Shown here piece by piece: positions 44,082 through 53,349 of a stretch of 64,000 nt of DNA. The DNA is taken from positions 1 through 64,000 of IMG/VR virus record IMGVR_UViG_3300037067_027602; one strand, written 5' to 3'. Under the pieces are notes generated by a model. The model was not told the origin of the DNA. It worked only from the letters and a program-made list of their open reading frames with translations, and ran no database searches. The position numbers were made by a program, and so were the translations under genes. The stretch comes from a virus (Duplodnaviria > Caudoviricetes). The stretch's first letter is position 1; the number at the start of each line of letters is the position of its first letter.

Positions 44082-45652
44082 CCAGGGAGCTCCAGCAGGC
44101 AGTCCATGTCCTCCTGCGTCATCTGCTCCGGCGGCTTCGGCGCCCCGGCGGCCTTTTTTTCCCTCTCCGGGGCGTGGTGGGAATTGATGATCTCGCCGGT
44201 CTTGTCGAAATGCTTGAGGTTGACGTACTCCCGCTCGTGGTAGGTGAGCACGGGGCCGTCCAGGTCGTAGCATATCCCCTCCGGGCAGGCGCGGCCAGCC
44301 CTTTGGTCGAGGACATGGAGCATCTGGTTGAAGCGGTACGGCTTCGGCAGCCGGTCGGCTATGGCCTGCTCCTCCTGCCCCAGCCGCCTGGCCAGGATCA
44401 ACGCGTCGCAGAACATGAGGATCTGGTCGGAGCCGGAGACGCAGCCGTCGGCGGAGTGGACTGCCTTGGCGCTGGCCGACTTCTCGATCCCCTCCCGGTT
44501 GGCCTGCGCCCCCACCACCCCCGGCATGTCAAGCTCCTTCAACGAGTCTTTGAACATGGTGGCGATCTGTCCGAGGATCTGATATTCCTTCATCTGCTGC
44601 TGCCCCTGCCCGACAGGCACCTTGAGCCAGTCGTAGAAGACGCAACAGGGGTTCGTGGCCACCATGCCGCCATGGACGCTGGTCCCGACGGAGGCGCGGA
44701 AATCCTCCATGATCTTGCGGATGTAGTCGATGCTTTTCCCTGAGATGTTGACATAATACAGCGGGATGCCGCGGACGGTGGCGGCGGCCTCGCCCAGCCT
44801 GCCCGACAACATCTCGTCGGAGAGGTATCTCCCGGACTCGATCATGTGCTCCGGGACGCCCGACACCATGGACAGAACCCGGGACGCCTGCTCCATCCGG
44901 CTCATCTCGGAGTCGAGGTAGAGCCCGGGGATGTCCTGCCGGGTCAGGTCGGTGGCCATGTTCGCCATGTGGGTGGACTTCCCCACCTTCGACCTGGCGA
45001 ACAGGACGTTCATCCGTTTGCGGCGAAGCCCGTGCAGGACGTCCATGAGCTTAGGATATCTTTTGACCCAGACTCCGGTGAGGAACCCCCTGGCGGCGTT
45101 CATGCCGGCCTCCGCCAGGACGGCGTCCACCCCCATGCCTATCCTCGACAGCCCTGGCGATTGCCTCAGGGAGGACAAGGGGGCCATGAAACCCAGGATG
45201 TGGTCCACCATCTCCGTCCTGGTCATCTCGCTGGTGGAGGCATGAAAATTGTCCACGGCGCTCCTCAGCATGCGGTAGGCGGACACCTTGGCGTCCGCCC
45301 GCAGAACGTTCTCCATGTACGACCCGAGCATCGCCGGGTCGGGGTTGATCTTCATCAAAAGCTTCAACGAAAGCTCCCCGCCCACCTGCTCGAGGAACTT
45401 CTCGCCATAGCCGCGCGCCTGGGCCGCCGCCAGGATGGAGTAGGGGTCGAGGGCCGGCAGGACGTTGTCCCGCCAGCCGATCTCCGCCACCTTCCTCATC
45501 ATCCGGTAGAGCCCGCGGTTGTTCGGCAAATGGATCTGTCCGTCCGCTATCTCCGCCATGGCCTTCACGGCGCATGACGGAAATTTCGCCAAACAAGCTA
45601 GGAACAAGGACTCCGCCCCCGCGCTGTAGAGCTCGTCCTCACCCTGGGCCAC
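44078..45652 (-). CDS. dnaB: DnaB-like replicative helicase
   Basis: ARSKVGKS Walker A, YLDSEM, YDWLK, AQANR, SGSDQI. Confidence 0.9.
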   Translation of the reverse strand: MAQGEDELYSAGAESLFLACLAKFPSCAVKAMAEIADGQIHLPNNRGLYRMMRKVAEIGWRDNVLPALDPYSILAAAQARGYGEKFLEQVGGELSLKLLMKINPDPAMLGSYMENVLRADAKVSAYRMLRSAVDNFHASTSEMTRTEMVDHILGFMAPLSSLRQSPGLSRIGMGVDAVLAEAGMNAARGFLTGVWVKRYPKLMDVLHGLRRKRMNVLFARSKVGKSTHMANMATDLTRQDIPGLYLDSEMSRMEQASRVLSMVSGVPEHMIESGRYLSDEMLSGRLGEAAATVRGIPLYYVNISGKSIDYIRKIMEDFRASVGTSVHGGMVATNPCCVFYDWLKVPVGQGQQQMKEYQILGQIATMFKDSLKELDMPGVVGAQANREGIEKSASAKAVHSADGCVSGSDQILMFCDALILARRLGQEEQAIADRLPKPYRFNQMLHVLDQRAGRACPEGICYDLDGPVLTYHEREYVNLKHFDKTGEIINSHHAPEREKKAAGAPKPPEQMTQEDMDCLLELPG

Positions 45653-45656
45653 GCGG

Positions 45657-46577
45657 TCAACCCCTGGTGTTCTGGTACTCTCGGCACCAGCGGTCGATCA
45701 TCTTCTTGAGGGAGTTGTCCATCTGGACGAATGCCTCGAACATGTGCTCCGTCATCTTCGCCCTGATGACATAGACGTCGAGCTTGTCGCGCATCTCCCT
45801 GATCTCGGGGTACGCCTCCAAGGCCAGCGCCTCGCGCTCCTTGACGGTCGACCCCTCCATATGGGAGGCGGCTTTTTTTAGGTACTCCTCGACGTCGCGC
45901 TTGATCTGGGACGACAACCCCTGCCAGCGGTTCTCCTTGCCGGCCACGAAGGCGGAATGCGCCGCCAACGCCATCTCGCACGCCTGCATCTCGTCGATGC
46001 CGCAGGTGTTGAAGTAGCCGGGGTTGAAACGCATGTTGTGGATCGCCCGGTGGAGCTGGGACGTCTCGTCGTGCTTCGGGTCGTTCAGGACGGCCAGGCA
46101 GAGGGCGGCCTCCATCTCGTCGATGGTGGAGAGGATGGGCTTGGACATGGCCTTCGACGCCTCTTTGAGACCCTTGCGGAAAGCGGCGTCGTCCTGGCCG
46201 GCGGCCGCGTGCGAGTCGTTCTCCGCGGCGCGGGCGGGCTCCTCTTTCGGGGGCTCTTCCCGCCGGGGCGGCTCCTGGGGTTTCTGGACGGCGGCCTGGC
46301 GCTGGGCCGGCGGGGCGGAGGGGGCTTGCGGCAACGCCGGGGCCGCGGGGAGATCCTGTTTGGGGGCGTTCCATGGAAGGGCCGGACGCCCTTGCGGTTG
46401 CGGCGCGCACACCGGAGCCGGGGGCGGACCCCAACCGGCGCACGGCGGGGCGTTCCCCTGCGGGGTGGGAGGGGCGTCTTGGGAATCGTCGCCGCCGCCA
46501 TCGTAGAGGGGGATGTCTCCGAACATAGCGTTGAGCTCGTCCTCAGTCATCATCGCGTCTGTGTTTTCCGTCGCCAT
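45657..46577 (-). CDS. Hypothetical protein with Pro/Ala-rich N-terminus and helical C-terminus
   Basis: ORF track; lies between recA and dnaB. Confidence 0.7.
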   Translation of the reverse strand: MATENTDAMMTEDELNAMFGDIPLYDGGGDDSQDAPPTPQGNAPPCAGWGPPPAPVCAPQPQGRPALPWNAPKQDLPAAPALPQAPSAPPAQRQAAVQKPQEPPRREEPPKEEPARAAENDSHAAAGQDDAAFRKGLKEASKAMSKPILSTIDEMEAALCLAVLNDPKHDETSQLHRAIHNMRFNPGYFNTCGIDEMQACEMALAAHSAFVAGKENRWQGLSSQIKRDVEEYLKKAASHMEGSTVKEREALALEAYPEIREMRDKLDVYVIRAKMTEHMFEAFVQMDNSLKKMIDRWCREYQNTRG

Positions 46578-46581
46578 TTTT

Positions 46582-46974
46582 TTATTCCTTGCTCTGGATT
46601 TTGATGGCCTTGTCGACCATTTTTTTGAAACTAGCCCCCGTCAGCTTCACGCCATCGGGGATCTCCACCAGGAAATGTCCGTTCTCCCGGCACCATCTCC
46701 TTTTGATTTCGTCGTTGCTCCTCGATCTTTCGAACCCCGCTTTCCCCCTATGGAAAAAGGTGACGGGCTCGTCATGTTGCCGCCCCTGGCACTCGATCTC
46801 CAACCTCATCCCTGGCAGGGAGATGTCGAAATACAAAGTGCGCACCCCCGCCGGGGTGGAGACTTTCACCGCCTTCTCCTGCTCTATCCTTTGCAGGGGA
46901 TAGGCGAGCTTCACGGCCTCCAGCACCGAACGATGGAGCTTCGAAGCTCCCTCCCTGGGGGCGGCGCAGCTCAA
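46582..46974 (-). CDS. Vsr/DUF559-like endonuclease
   Basis: YFDISLP...IECQGRQH...ND..KR.WC..NG..LVEI. Confidence 0.8.
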   Translation of the reverse strand: MSCAAPREGASKLHRSVLEAVKLAYPLQRIEQEKAVKVSTPAGVRTLYFDISLPGMRLEIECQGRQHDEPVTFFHRGKAGFERSRSNDEIKRRWCRENGHFLVEIPDGVKLTGASFKKMVDKAIKIQSKE

Positions 46975-48170
46975 AACTGCTGCCCCGCCACCGCCGGAAG
47001 CGCCTCGACAAGGATATCCTCCTCGCTTGGCGCTATATGCAGCTCCTCGCCGGCGGCGGGGATCTCCCCGACCTCCTCCTCGTCGATGTAGGAGTCTATA
47101 AGGGCGTTCCGGAGAGACTCGAACTGGGTTTTACCCTCGCCCCGGAAATATTCCACGACTTTAGACCTGCCTTGGCCGATGTTATGGCCGTCGCAGGAAT
47201 ACCACGCCCCCTTTAGCTCAATCATGCCCCTCTCCACGCAGGAGTCGAGGATGACGCCCTCCTCGTCCACGCCATGGCCGAAGATCAAGTCGAACTCGCC
47301 GTAGCGGAACGGCGTGCCCACCTTGTTTTTGACGACAAGGAACTTGATGCGCTGGCCGATCACCGGACGCTCGTCCTTGGCCCCGTCCTTCAGCTCGATC
47401 TTCCCGCCCTCCTTGATCTTGGCGACCACGGAGAGCTCCATGCGGATCGTGCTATAGAATTTCGAGCCCTTTCCGCCGGGCTGGTAGGTGGACTTTCCAT
47501 AACCCTTCAGGGACTCGCGCGTCTGGTTGGTGAAGATGACAGTGGTCATGGTCTTGCCGATGACCGGGTTGTTCCTGCGGAAAAACATCGACATCATCTT
47601 CCCTTGCTGCCCCATGGTGTCGTTCTCAAGGCTCGCTTTCTCCATCTCCGCCTTTGGCAGCAAACTGGCGATGGAGTCGCAGATGATGAGGTCGAACACG
47701 TTGGTCTTCGCCAACACCATGAGGATATCGAGGGCCTGCTCCCCGTATTCGGGCTGGCTGAGCCAAAGATCGTCTACGTTGACGCCCAGTTTGCGGGCGT
47801 AGGCGGGGTCTATAGTCTGCTCCACGTCCACAAAGGCCACCCTTCCACCCTTTTTCTGGACGGCGGCGGCGGTGAGAAGGCACCAGGTGGTCTTTCCGGT
47901 GGACTCCTCGCCGTAGATCTCAATGAACCTCCCACGGGGTAGGCCATAGATTTTCTCCCCTTTGGTGGAGCGGTAGAAAATACCCACCGCCTGGTCCACC
48001 GCGAAGGAACAGGAGGGGATCGTCCCCTTCCCGTCGGCGAAGCAGCGCTTGTCGCCTAGCCGGATGACGAGGTTGTCGCCTCCGTAGGTCTTCTTGATTA
48101 CCGCCAAGGCCGTGACGAGCTCGGCCGGCATCGGCGGGTTCTTGTGCTTCTGTGTTTTTTGGGCGGCCAT
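46971..48170 (-). CDS. recA: Recombinase RecA
   Basis: GLPRGRFIEIYGEESTGKTT, SQPEYGEQAL, DSIASL, IFTNQ, KFYST.R, KNKVG.PF. Confidence 0.97.
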   Translation of the reverse strand: MAAQKTQKHKNPPMPAELVTALAVIKKTYGGDNLVIRLGDKRCFADGKGTIPSCSFAVDQAVGIFYRSTKGEKIYGLPRGRFIEIYGEESTGKTTWCLLTAAAVQKKGGRVAFVDVEQTIDPAYARKLGVNVDDLWLSQPEYGEQALDILMVLAKTNVFDLIICDSIASLLPKAEMEKASLENDTMGQQGKMMSMFFRRNNPVIGKTMTTVIFTNQTRESLKGYGKSTYQPGGKGSKFYSTIRMELSVVAKIKEGGKIELKDGAKDERPVIGQRIKFLVVKNKVGTPFRYGEFDLIFGHGVDEEGVILDSCVERGMIELKGAWYSCDGHNIGQGRSKVVEYFRGEGKTQFESLRNALIDSYIDEEEVGEIPAAGEELHIAPSEEDILVEALPAVAGQQF

Positions 48171-48173
48171 GGC

Positions 48174-49574
48174 TCAGTCCCTCCTGGAGGCGGAGCCAGG
48201 CTTGGCACCGTATTTCTCGCGGAGGGCGGCGAAGTTTATCTTCCCCATTGGCGGTGCGGGGGTTGCGTCCGGGGGTTTCTGGACAGCCGCCGTCCGCGGC
48301 TCCTCGACGGCCGGCGACGTGTCGGAAAGGGCGTCCTGGGCTTGGACGACGGGCGGTTCCTCCCGCGGCGCCGGCTGGGCCGCCGCAGGGGCCGCCTTCA
48401 GCGACGCCCTGGCCTTGCCGTACGCCTCGATGGCGTTGAACTTCCAATCGGTGGCCAGGGTGGAGATGGAGAGGTCGAAACCGGCCGCCCCGACGCTGGG
48501 GTTGGCGTCGGCTATCCCGGAGCGGAAATTGCCGAGGTACATGATGGTGGCGTAGAGCCGCTGATGGCCGTATTTCTCCAGGATCGGCTTCATCCTGGCC
48601 GGGTCGCCGGGGTAGCTGGGGAAGGAGAACCCGCCCTCCTCCTTGCGGTCCTTCGCCGCCAGGCAATAAAGAAGGGCCACGAAGTCCGGGTTCTTCCATT
48701 CCGCCACGTCCTTGTTCTTGAGGGCGGGGAGCTTCATGTAGTTGCAATAGGCGACGAAATCGTTGCGGGCGGCCTCGCGGAGAGCCTCGGCGGCGTCTTT
48801 CGGGGCGTCCTGCGCCGGGGCGGCGGCCTGCGGGGCGGGATCGACCTGGGCCTGCCCACCGGGGACGGCCATGCCGTCGACGCAGAACTGCGTTGCCAGG
48901 TCGAGCAGGTCGTCGAACCACGCCGTCTCGCCGAAAGGCTCCGAATGGGCGAGCTGCAGCTCGGGGAGGAAGGGGGAGCAAGGACGGTCTTCCTCGACGC
49001 GGGAGTACGGCATCCCCAAGGACGAGAGATGGTTCAGCGCGGAGAGGACGTCCAGGACTTTCTCCCCCGTGACCTCCGAGGAGAACACGGCCGGCTTGAT
49101 CCCGCAGAACACCTCCGAGGAAAGCGGCCCCGGGGGAAGATAGCCCTTGTCAAGACGGCGCGACAGCTCCCCCCGGTCGATGTATTTCATCTCGAAAGGG
49201 CAACCGTCGGGGGCGTCCTTCAGGCAGTCCTTGAAAACGTTGGGGATGGCCTCGGCGAGAAACAGGGCCAGAGGCGACCACGCCCAGGTGCGGCTGCCGG
49301 CCCCGTCCCCGCCCTTGAGCTTGGCCAGTATGCCAGCGGCGCGCAGCTCCTCCATCCCCTTGTCGAGCCGGGACGGGGGCATCTGCGCCATCTCGTTCTT
49401 GAGCAGGTCGGCGCGCGGGACGGCGCCGACCCAGATCCCGTCCTTGAACTTGGCGAGTTTTTTCTCCACGAGACGTTCCATCCCACGGAAGAAAGCGGCG
49501 GCGGCGAGGGCGCCGTCCACCCCGACGCACGACGCCAGGGGAAATGAGAAGACGAGCGATCGTTGATCCTGCAT
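48174..49574 (-). CDS. Hypothetical protein, possible winged-helix replication protein
   Basis: First gene of the replication operon; RLDKGMEELRAAGIL wHTH-like segment. Confidence 0.55.
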   Translation of the reverse strand: MQDQRSLVFSFPLASCVGVDGALAAAAFFRGMERLVEKKLAKFKDGIWVGAVPRADLLKNEMAQMPPSRLDKGMEELRAAGILAKLKGGDGAGSRTWAWSPLALFLAEAIPNVFKDCLKDAPDGCPFEMKYIDRGELSRRLDKGYLPPGPLSSEVFCGIKPAVFSSEVTGEKVLDVLSALNHLSSLGMPYSRVEEDRPCSPFLPELQLAHSEPFGETAWFDDLLDLATQFCVDGMAVPGGQAQVDPAPQAAAPAQDAPKDAAEALREAARNDFVAYCNYMKLPALKNKDVAEWKNPDFVALLYCLAAKDRKEEGGFSFPSYPGDPARMKPILEKYGHQRLYATIMYLGNFRSGIADANPSVGAAGFDLSISTLATDWKFNAIEAYGKARASLKAAPAAAQPAPREEPPVVQAQDALSDTSPAVEEPRTAAVQKPPDATPAPPMGKINFAALREKYGAKPGSASRRD

Positions 49575-49580
49575 TTAGGA

Positions 49581-49651
49581 CCTCCTTTTTCTGGTTGACA
49601 AAAATATAGCGCCCCCCGGCGCGCTTGCAAATGGCGTTAAAAAATTTTTTT
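49581..49651 (-). promoter_or_regulatory. Promoter and leader of the replication operon
   Basis: A/T tract, TTGCAA-N16-TATATT, aaccagaaaaaggagg. Confidence 0.65.
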
Positions 49652-49654
49652 CAC

Positions 49655-50942
49655 AGGATTTGGCCGAGGAAGCCCCGACCCTTCAGGGCGGGGAGGAATC
49701 GGCCAGCCATCTATGACATTTCTTTCAACAACACTTGACATTTTAATCTCCTCGTGATATTCTTACAGCATGAAGACGCAAAGAACAATAGCCCTGGTGA
49801 TAAAAGATTCCAAAAACCTCGTCGGGGTTGTCATGGAATACAACCGCTACCAGAAAGCGATCAGCGAGACCGCTTTCAACGGCGGCGAGCCGCTGTCTGC
49901 CTTCGATCTTCAGAAGGCCGTCTACCACACGGTTGAGACCACTCTCCTTTCTCAGATGAAATGCTCCGCCATTCGTGGCGTCGCCTCGGCCTACTCGTCG
50001 GCCAGAAGCAACGGACGCCCGGCCACCAGGCCGTTCATCTTCAAGCGTCCGGCGGCGTTGTTCCTTTTTAACAAGAACTTCAGTTTCACCGGCAAAGGCA
50101 AACTTTCCATAACCACCTCCCAAGGCAGGGAGAAACTCGATTTCATCGTCCCGGACTACGCCAAGGCCGACTTCGACCAAGCCGTGTCCTACGACAGCAT
50201 TACGGTCACAGGTTCCGGGGCGGTCAGGCTTTGCCTGACGCTCGAAGTCCCGGATCCCAAATCCATCACCCCGGTCGGCATCGACCTCGGAGCCAACAAC
50301 CCGCTCGTCGCCTCCGTCGAGGGCGGGGAAGTTTTGTTCGTGTCCGGATCCGCGTTGGCGCAGGCCAACCGCCGGACGAGGAAGACCCGCCAGCGGCTGC
50401 AAAGCAAGCTGGCCGTCCAGAAGGCACAAGGAAAAAGCGCACGGAGCGTGCGCCGATCCTTGAAACGGCTGGGACGGAAACAAAGCGATAGAAGCCGGAC
50501 GTTCTGCAAACAGACCGCCGCCGAGCTCTGCTCGTGGGCTCCCAAGGATTCCGTGCTCGTCTTCGAGGATCTGAAATTCGACCAGGTCTCCAAGGGCGAC
50601 AGGAAACGCAAGGGAACCCACCGCAAACTCAGCCAGTGGTTCTACGGGCAGATGATCCAGGCGTGTTCCAGCAAGGCCGAGAGGCTCGGGTTGGGGGTGG
50701 CTTTCGTCAACCCCGCCTACACCTCCCAAAAATGCAGGAAATGCGGTCTGATTGGAACTCGTTCCGGTCATTCTTTCTCCTGTGTCTGCGGCCATTCCGA
50801 GCACGCCGACGTCAACGCATCGCACAACATCCGGCGAAACTACGCCGTCCTACGGGACGGTGGGCATCAGTCAGCATGCCCCGAAGCTCGGCCTCGCAAG
50901 AGGCGCGGGCAAGCCACAGCCCTTTAGGGCGTGGTAGCTGAC
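49655..50942 (+). mobile_element. IS200/IS605-family TnpB-only element 3 (intergenic)
   Basis: Inserted after TCAC; left-end hairpin ccccgacccttcagggcgggg; right end differs from element 1 at 1 of the last 34 nt. Confidence 0.9.
49770..50927 (+). CDS. tnpB: RNA-guided endonuclease TnpB
   Basis: VGIDLG, VFEDL, HADVNASHNI; close paralogue of 7607..8761; promoter TTGACA-N17-TATTCT. Confidence 0.95.
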   Translation: MKTQRTIALVIKDSKNLVGVVMEYNRYQKAISETAFNGGEPLSAFDLQKAVYHTVETTLLSQMKCSAIRGVASAYSSARSNGRPATRPFIFKRPAALFLFNKNFSFTGKGKLSITTSQGREKLDFIVPDYAKADFDQAVSYDSITVTGSGAVRLCLTLEVPDPKSITPVGIDLGANNPLVASVEGGEVLFVSGSALAQANRRTRKTRQRLQSKLAVQKAQGKSARSVRRSLKRLGRKQSDRSRTFCKQTAAELCSWAPKDSVLVFEDLKFDQVSKGDRKRKGTHRKLSQWFYGQMIQACSSKAERLGLGVAFVNPAYTSQKCRKCGLIGTRSGHSFSCVCGHSEHADVNASHNIRRNYAVLRDGGHQSACPEARPRKRRGQATAL

Positions 50943-51011
50943 TTTATGGTTTCATCCCGGAGGACACCGCCGATTGGAGCCGAATGGGTAAAGTTTACAT
51001 GGAGGTGGAAC

Positions 51012-51254
51012 ATGGACAAAAACAAAACTTCGACGGACGAGAGGGAGGCCAAACGCAGAAGCGAGGCCCTTGCCTCCCACACGGGGGAATTCCTCCTCTG
51101 TTTCGTCATGGTGGGCTTCGACGCCGAGGGGCGGATGTACCTGGTTCAAAAAGAGAAGGGGGAAATGCAGCGCATGGCAATCACCCGCGCGCTCGAAAAT
51201 GTCTTGAGTTTGAGGGAGGTTGGCGACATGGAGGAGCCTGGAATCCTGGGTTGA
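51012..51254 (+). CDS. Small hypothetical protein
   Basis: RBS ggaggtgg before ATG 51012. Confidence 0.6.
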   Translation: MDKNKTSTDEREAKRRSEALASHTGEFLLCFVMVGFDAEGRMYLVQKEKGEMQRMAITRALENVLSLREVGDMEEPGILG

Positions 51255-51891
51255 GGGAGGACAGGGCTTCCAGCACCATGCTCGACGGAACACCCCTGTC
51301 GGCCGACTTCGCCAAAGCGAACAGGCCGGAGAGCTTCGCCGCGGAATAGCTCGCCCCCCTCATCCCGAAAGCCCTGTCGTCTATATTGACGTCCCCCCCG
51401 GATCCGGCCGCCGACACGACCATCCCGTAAGCCGCCGGCCATGGCATCCTGGGGTTGTGGCTGGCAGCTATCAACGACCCGGAGCGGCCGGCCTTCTCCA
51501 ACAACGCCCTGACGGCGGAGTCGTCCACGCCATAGGCCAGGCTGAGGTTGATTACGTCCGCGGCCCCGGCGGCGCCAAGCGCCGCGGCCAGCTCCGGGGT
51601 CCCGACCCTCCCCCACAGTATGGCCGGGTAGAGCACCACCCTGCACAACGGGGCTATGGACAGGATCACCGAGCAGACAAACCTGGAATGGAACGGCTTC
51701 ATCGGCGGCGCGGGCCTGCCAGGGAAGATGTCCCTCTCCTCGACGCCGGCCACGGGGTCGTCCAGCGAGGTGTCCACCACCGCCACATGGACGCCCTCCC
51801 CGGAAGATTCCAGCCAATCGCCCGGGACGGCTATGTCGAGTCCTTCCCCACGAACGCGTCCGACACCCTGAAATGCGAGTCCTTCACCCAT
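51181..51891 (-). CDS. Subtilisin-like (S8) protease
   Basis: GEGVHVAVVDT, FHSRFVCSV, VINLSL, GASYSAA catalytic D/H/S pattern. Confidence 0.75.
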   Translation of the reverse strand: MGEGLAFQGVGRVRGEGLDIAVPGDWLESSGEGVHVAVVDTSLDDPVAGVEERDIFPGRPAPPMKPFHSRFVCSVILSIAPLCRVVLYPAILWGRVGTPELAAALGAAGAADVINLSLAYGVDDSAVRALLEKAGRSGSLIAASHNPRMPWPAAYGMVVSAAGSGGDVNIDDRAFGMRGASYSAAKLSGLFALAKSADRGVPSSMVLEALSSLNPGFQAPPCRQPPSNSRHFRARG

Positions 51892-52961
51892 TGCTCATGC
51901 CTCCCTCCGAAGTTGTCGACATATCTCACCAGCGCGGCGGCCTTCACCACGCCGCCAAGGAACTGCTCCACCCAAACCCCGTCCATGGAAGGCTCCAAAG
52001 CCTCCGGAACGCGCCAGACGACAGGCTGCCCCAAAAAACCGGAGGGTACGTCGTACACGGCCTTGGATGACGTCTCAGGCGACGGGTTGGCGGAGGGATA
52101 CACCGGGATTCTCCCCGGATGCCTGTCAGCGAACCCGTTGCAATAAACCCCGAACGGGGAGCAATTGTCGCTCGACGAGCTGAAAGGCGAGAGTATCTCG
52201 CCCGCGGCGCTCTTGAGGGGCAGCGAGAGCTCGATCTCAAACCCGTCCCCGCCCTCCGTCCCCGCCCTTTCCGGCGGCCTCTCCCAGTTCAATTGGTCGA
52301 CCCGCTGGTATTCTATGGTCGGGCCGGCGTATCTGAAGTCGCTCCATGCCTGGACCCTGGCATTCGCCTGGGAGTCCGGGGCCCAGAACTGCGTCGGTAT
52401 CGGATAGGAGGCCTCCGCGTCGTATTCCCTCCCCGGCAGATCCCACAACCCCTCCCCCGCGGAAAGCCCGACAAGATTGTCCCTGGAAGTCCTCTCCGGA
52501 TTTTTGAAGTACTCCAGGGGCAGCGTTCTGGCGCAGTCGTTCCAGTAGAAGAACGATCCCCTCGCCTCGCGCCATGGGCCGTGGGTGTGGAAAGACGCGC
52601 TGGCGTCGTACTTGATGCCTTTGCCGCCACCGGAGTCCCAAGGTTGTATATATACCCTCCTCCAGTACTCCCTCACCAAAAAATACCATTCGGGGAGACC
52701 TTCGAACACGATGTTCTTGGTCTGGTTGGGGTCTTCCGTCCTGGGAGACCACACGTCCGCCAACTTGAATTTGTAGAGCTGCTCCCCCGTCCACGCCCTC
52801 CTGGAGGCCTTCGCGTAGTCGAATCCCGGCATGAAGAAATGGGTGTGCCCATAATGCGGAAAATTCTCATACGTGGTCCCCCATGGGCTGACATGGGGTA
52901 TCTGATATCCCCATTGGTCATGGGCGATCAGGTACAGCGGAAGGAACTCGAAATTCGGCAT
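51831..52961 (-). CDS. Hypothetical protein (putative virion-associated)
   Basis: Long aromatic-rich ORF in the putative structural operon. Confidence 0.65.
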   Translation of the reverse strand: MPNFEFLPLYLIAHDQWGYQIPHVSPWGTTYENFPHYGHTHFFMPGFDYAKASRRAWTGEQLYKFKLADVWSPRTEDPNQTKNIVFEGLPEWYFLVREYWRRVYIQPWDSGGGKGIKYDASASFHTHGPWREARGSFFYWNDCARTLPLEYFKNPERTSRDNLVGLSAGEGLWDLPGREYDAEASYPIPTQFWAPDSQANARVQAWSDFRYAGPTIEYQRVDQLNWERPPERAGTEGGDGFEIELSLPLKSAAGEILSPFSSSSDNCSPFGVYCNGFADRHPGRIPVYPSANPSPETSSKAVYDVPSGFLGQPVVWRVPEALEPSMDGVWVEQFLGGVVKAAALVRYVDNFGGRHEQWVKDSHFRVSDAFVGKDST

Positions 52962-52962
52962 C

Positions 52963-53349
52963 CTATGTCTCCACGCTAAGGTCTATCCGTCTCGGCCCTG
53001 GCATCCCCGCGGCCGCGTCTATGTAAGACTCGTATTTTGGTTCCAGATATAGGTCAACCTGTCTCATCAAAGAGATTATATGATGCTCGGACGCGAAATC
53101 GGGGAAATTCGACGGGACGCCCGTATGCTTGGACACCCCGTCGTATTTCGGGAACGCGATATGGTCCAACGCCCACGAGGAGAACGGCTGGACAAGGGTC
53201 ATCGCCGGGCTGGCCGCCCCGTCACGGGTGGGGGATGGGCTGTTCACCCCGCCCCCCGACGACGGCGACGAGGCGTTCACGGCGGCGGACGACATGTCGG
53301 CCGGATCGACTCCAAAAGCTGGGGATACCCCGGTGTTGGTGACCGCCAT
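52963..53349 (-). CDS. Hypothetical protein
   Basis: TGATG overlap with the upstream gene. Confidence 0.65.
   Translation of the reverse strand: MAVTNTGVSPAFGVDPADMSSAAVNASSPSSGGGVNSPSPTRDGAASPAMTLVQPFSSWALDHIAFPKYDGVSKHTGVPSNFPDFASEHHIISLMRQVDLYLEPKYESYIDAAAGMPGPRRIDLSVET

Noticed and set aside
1023-50942. Reading the TnpB proteins as Cas12f and the PD-(D/E)XK nuclease as Cas4
   Set aside because: The TnpB genes have IS ends and no array or cas1/cas2; the nuclease lies in the replication operon.
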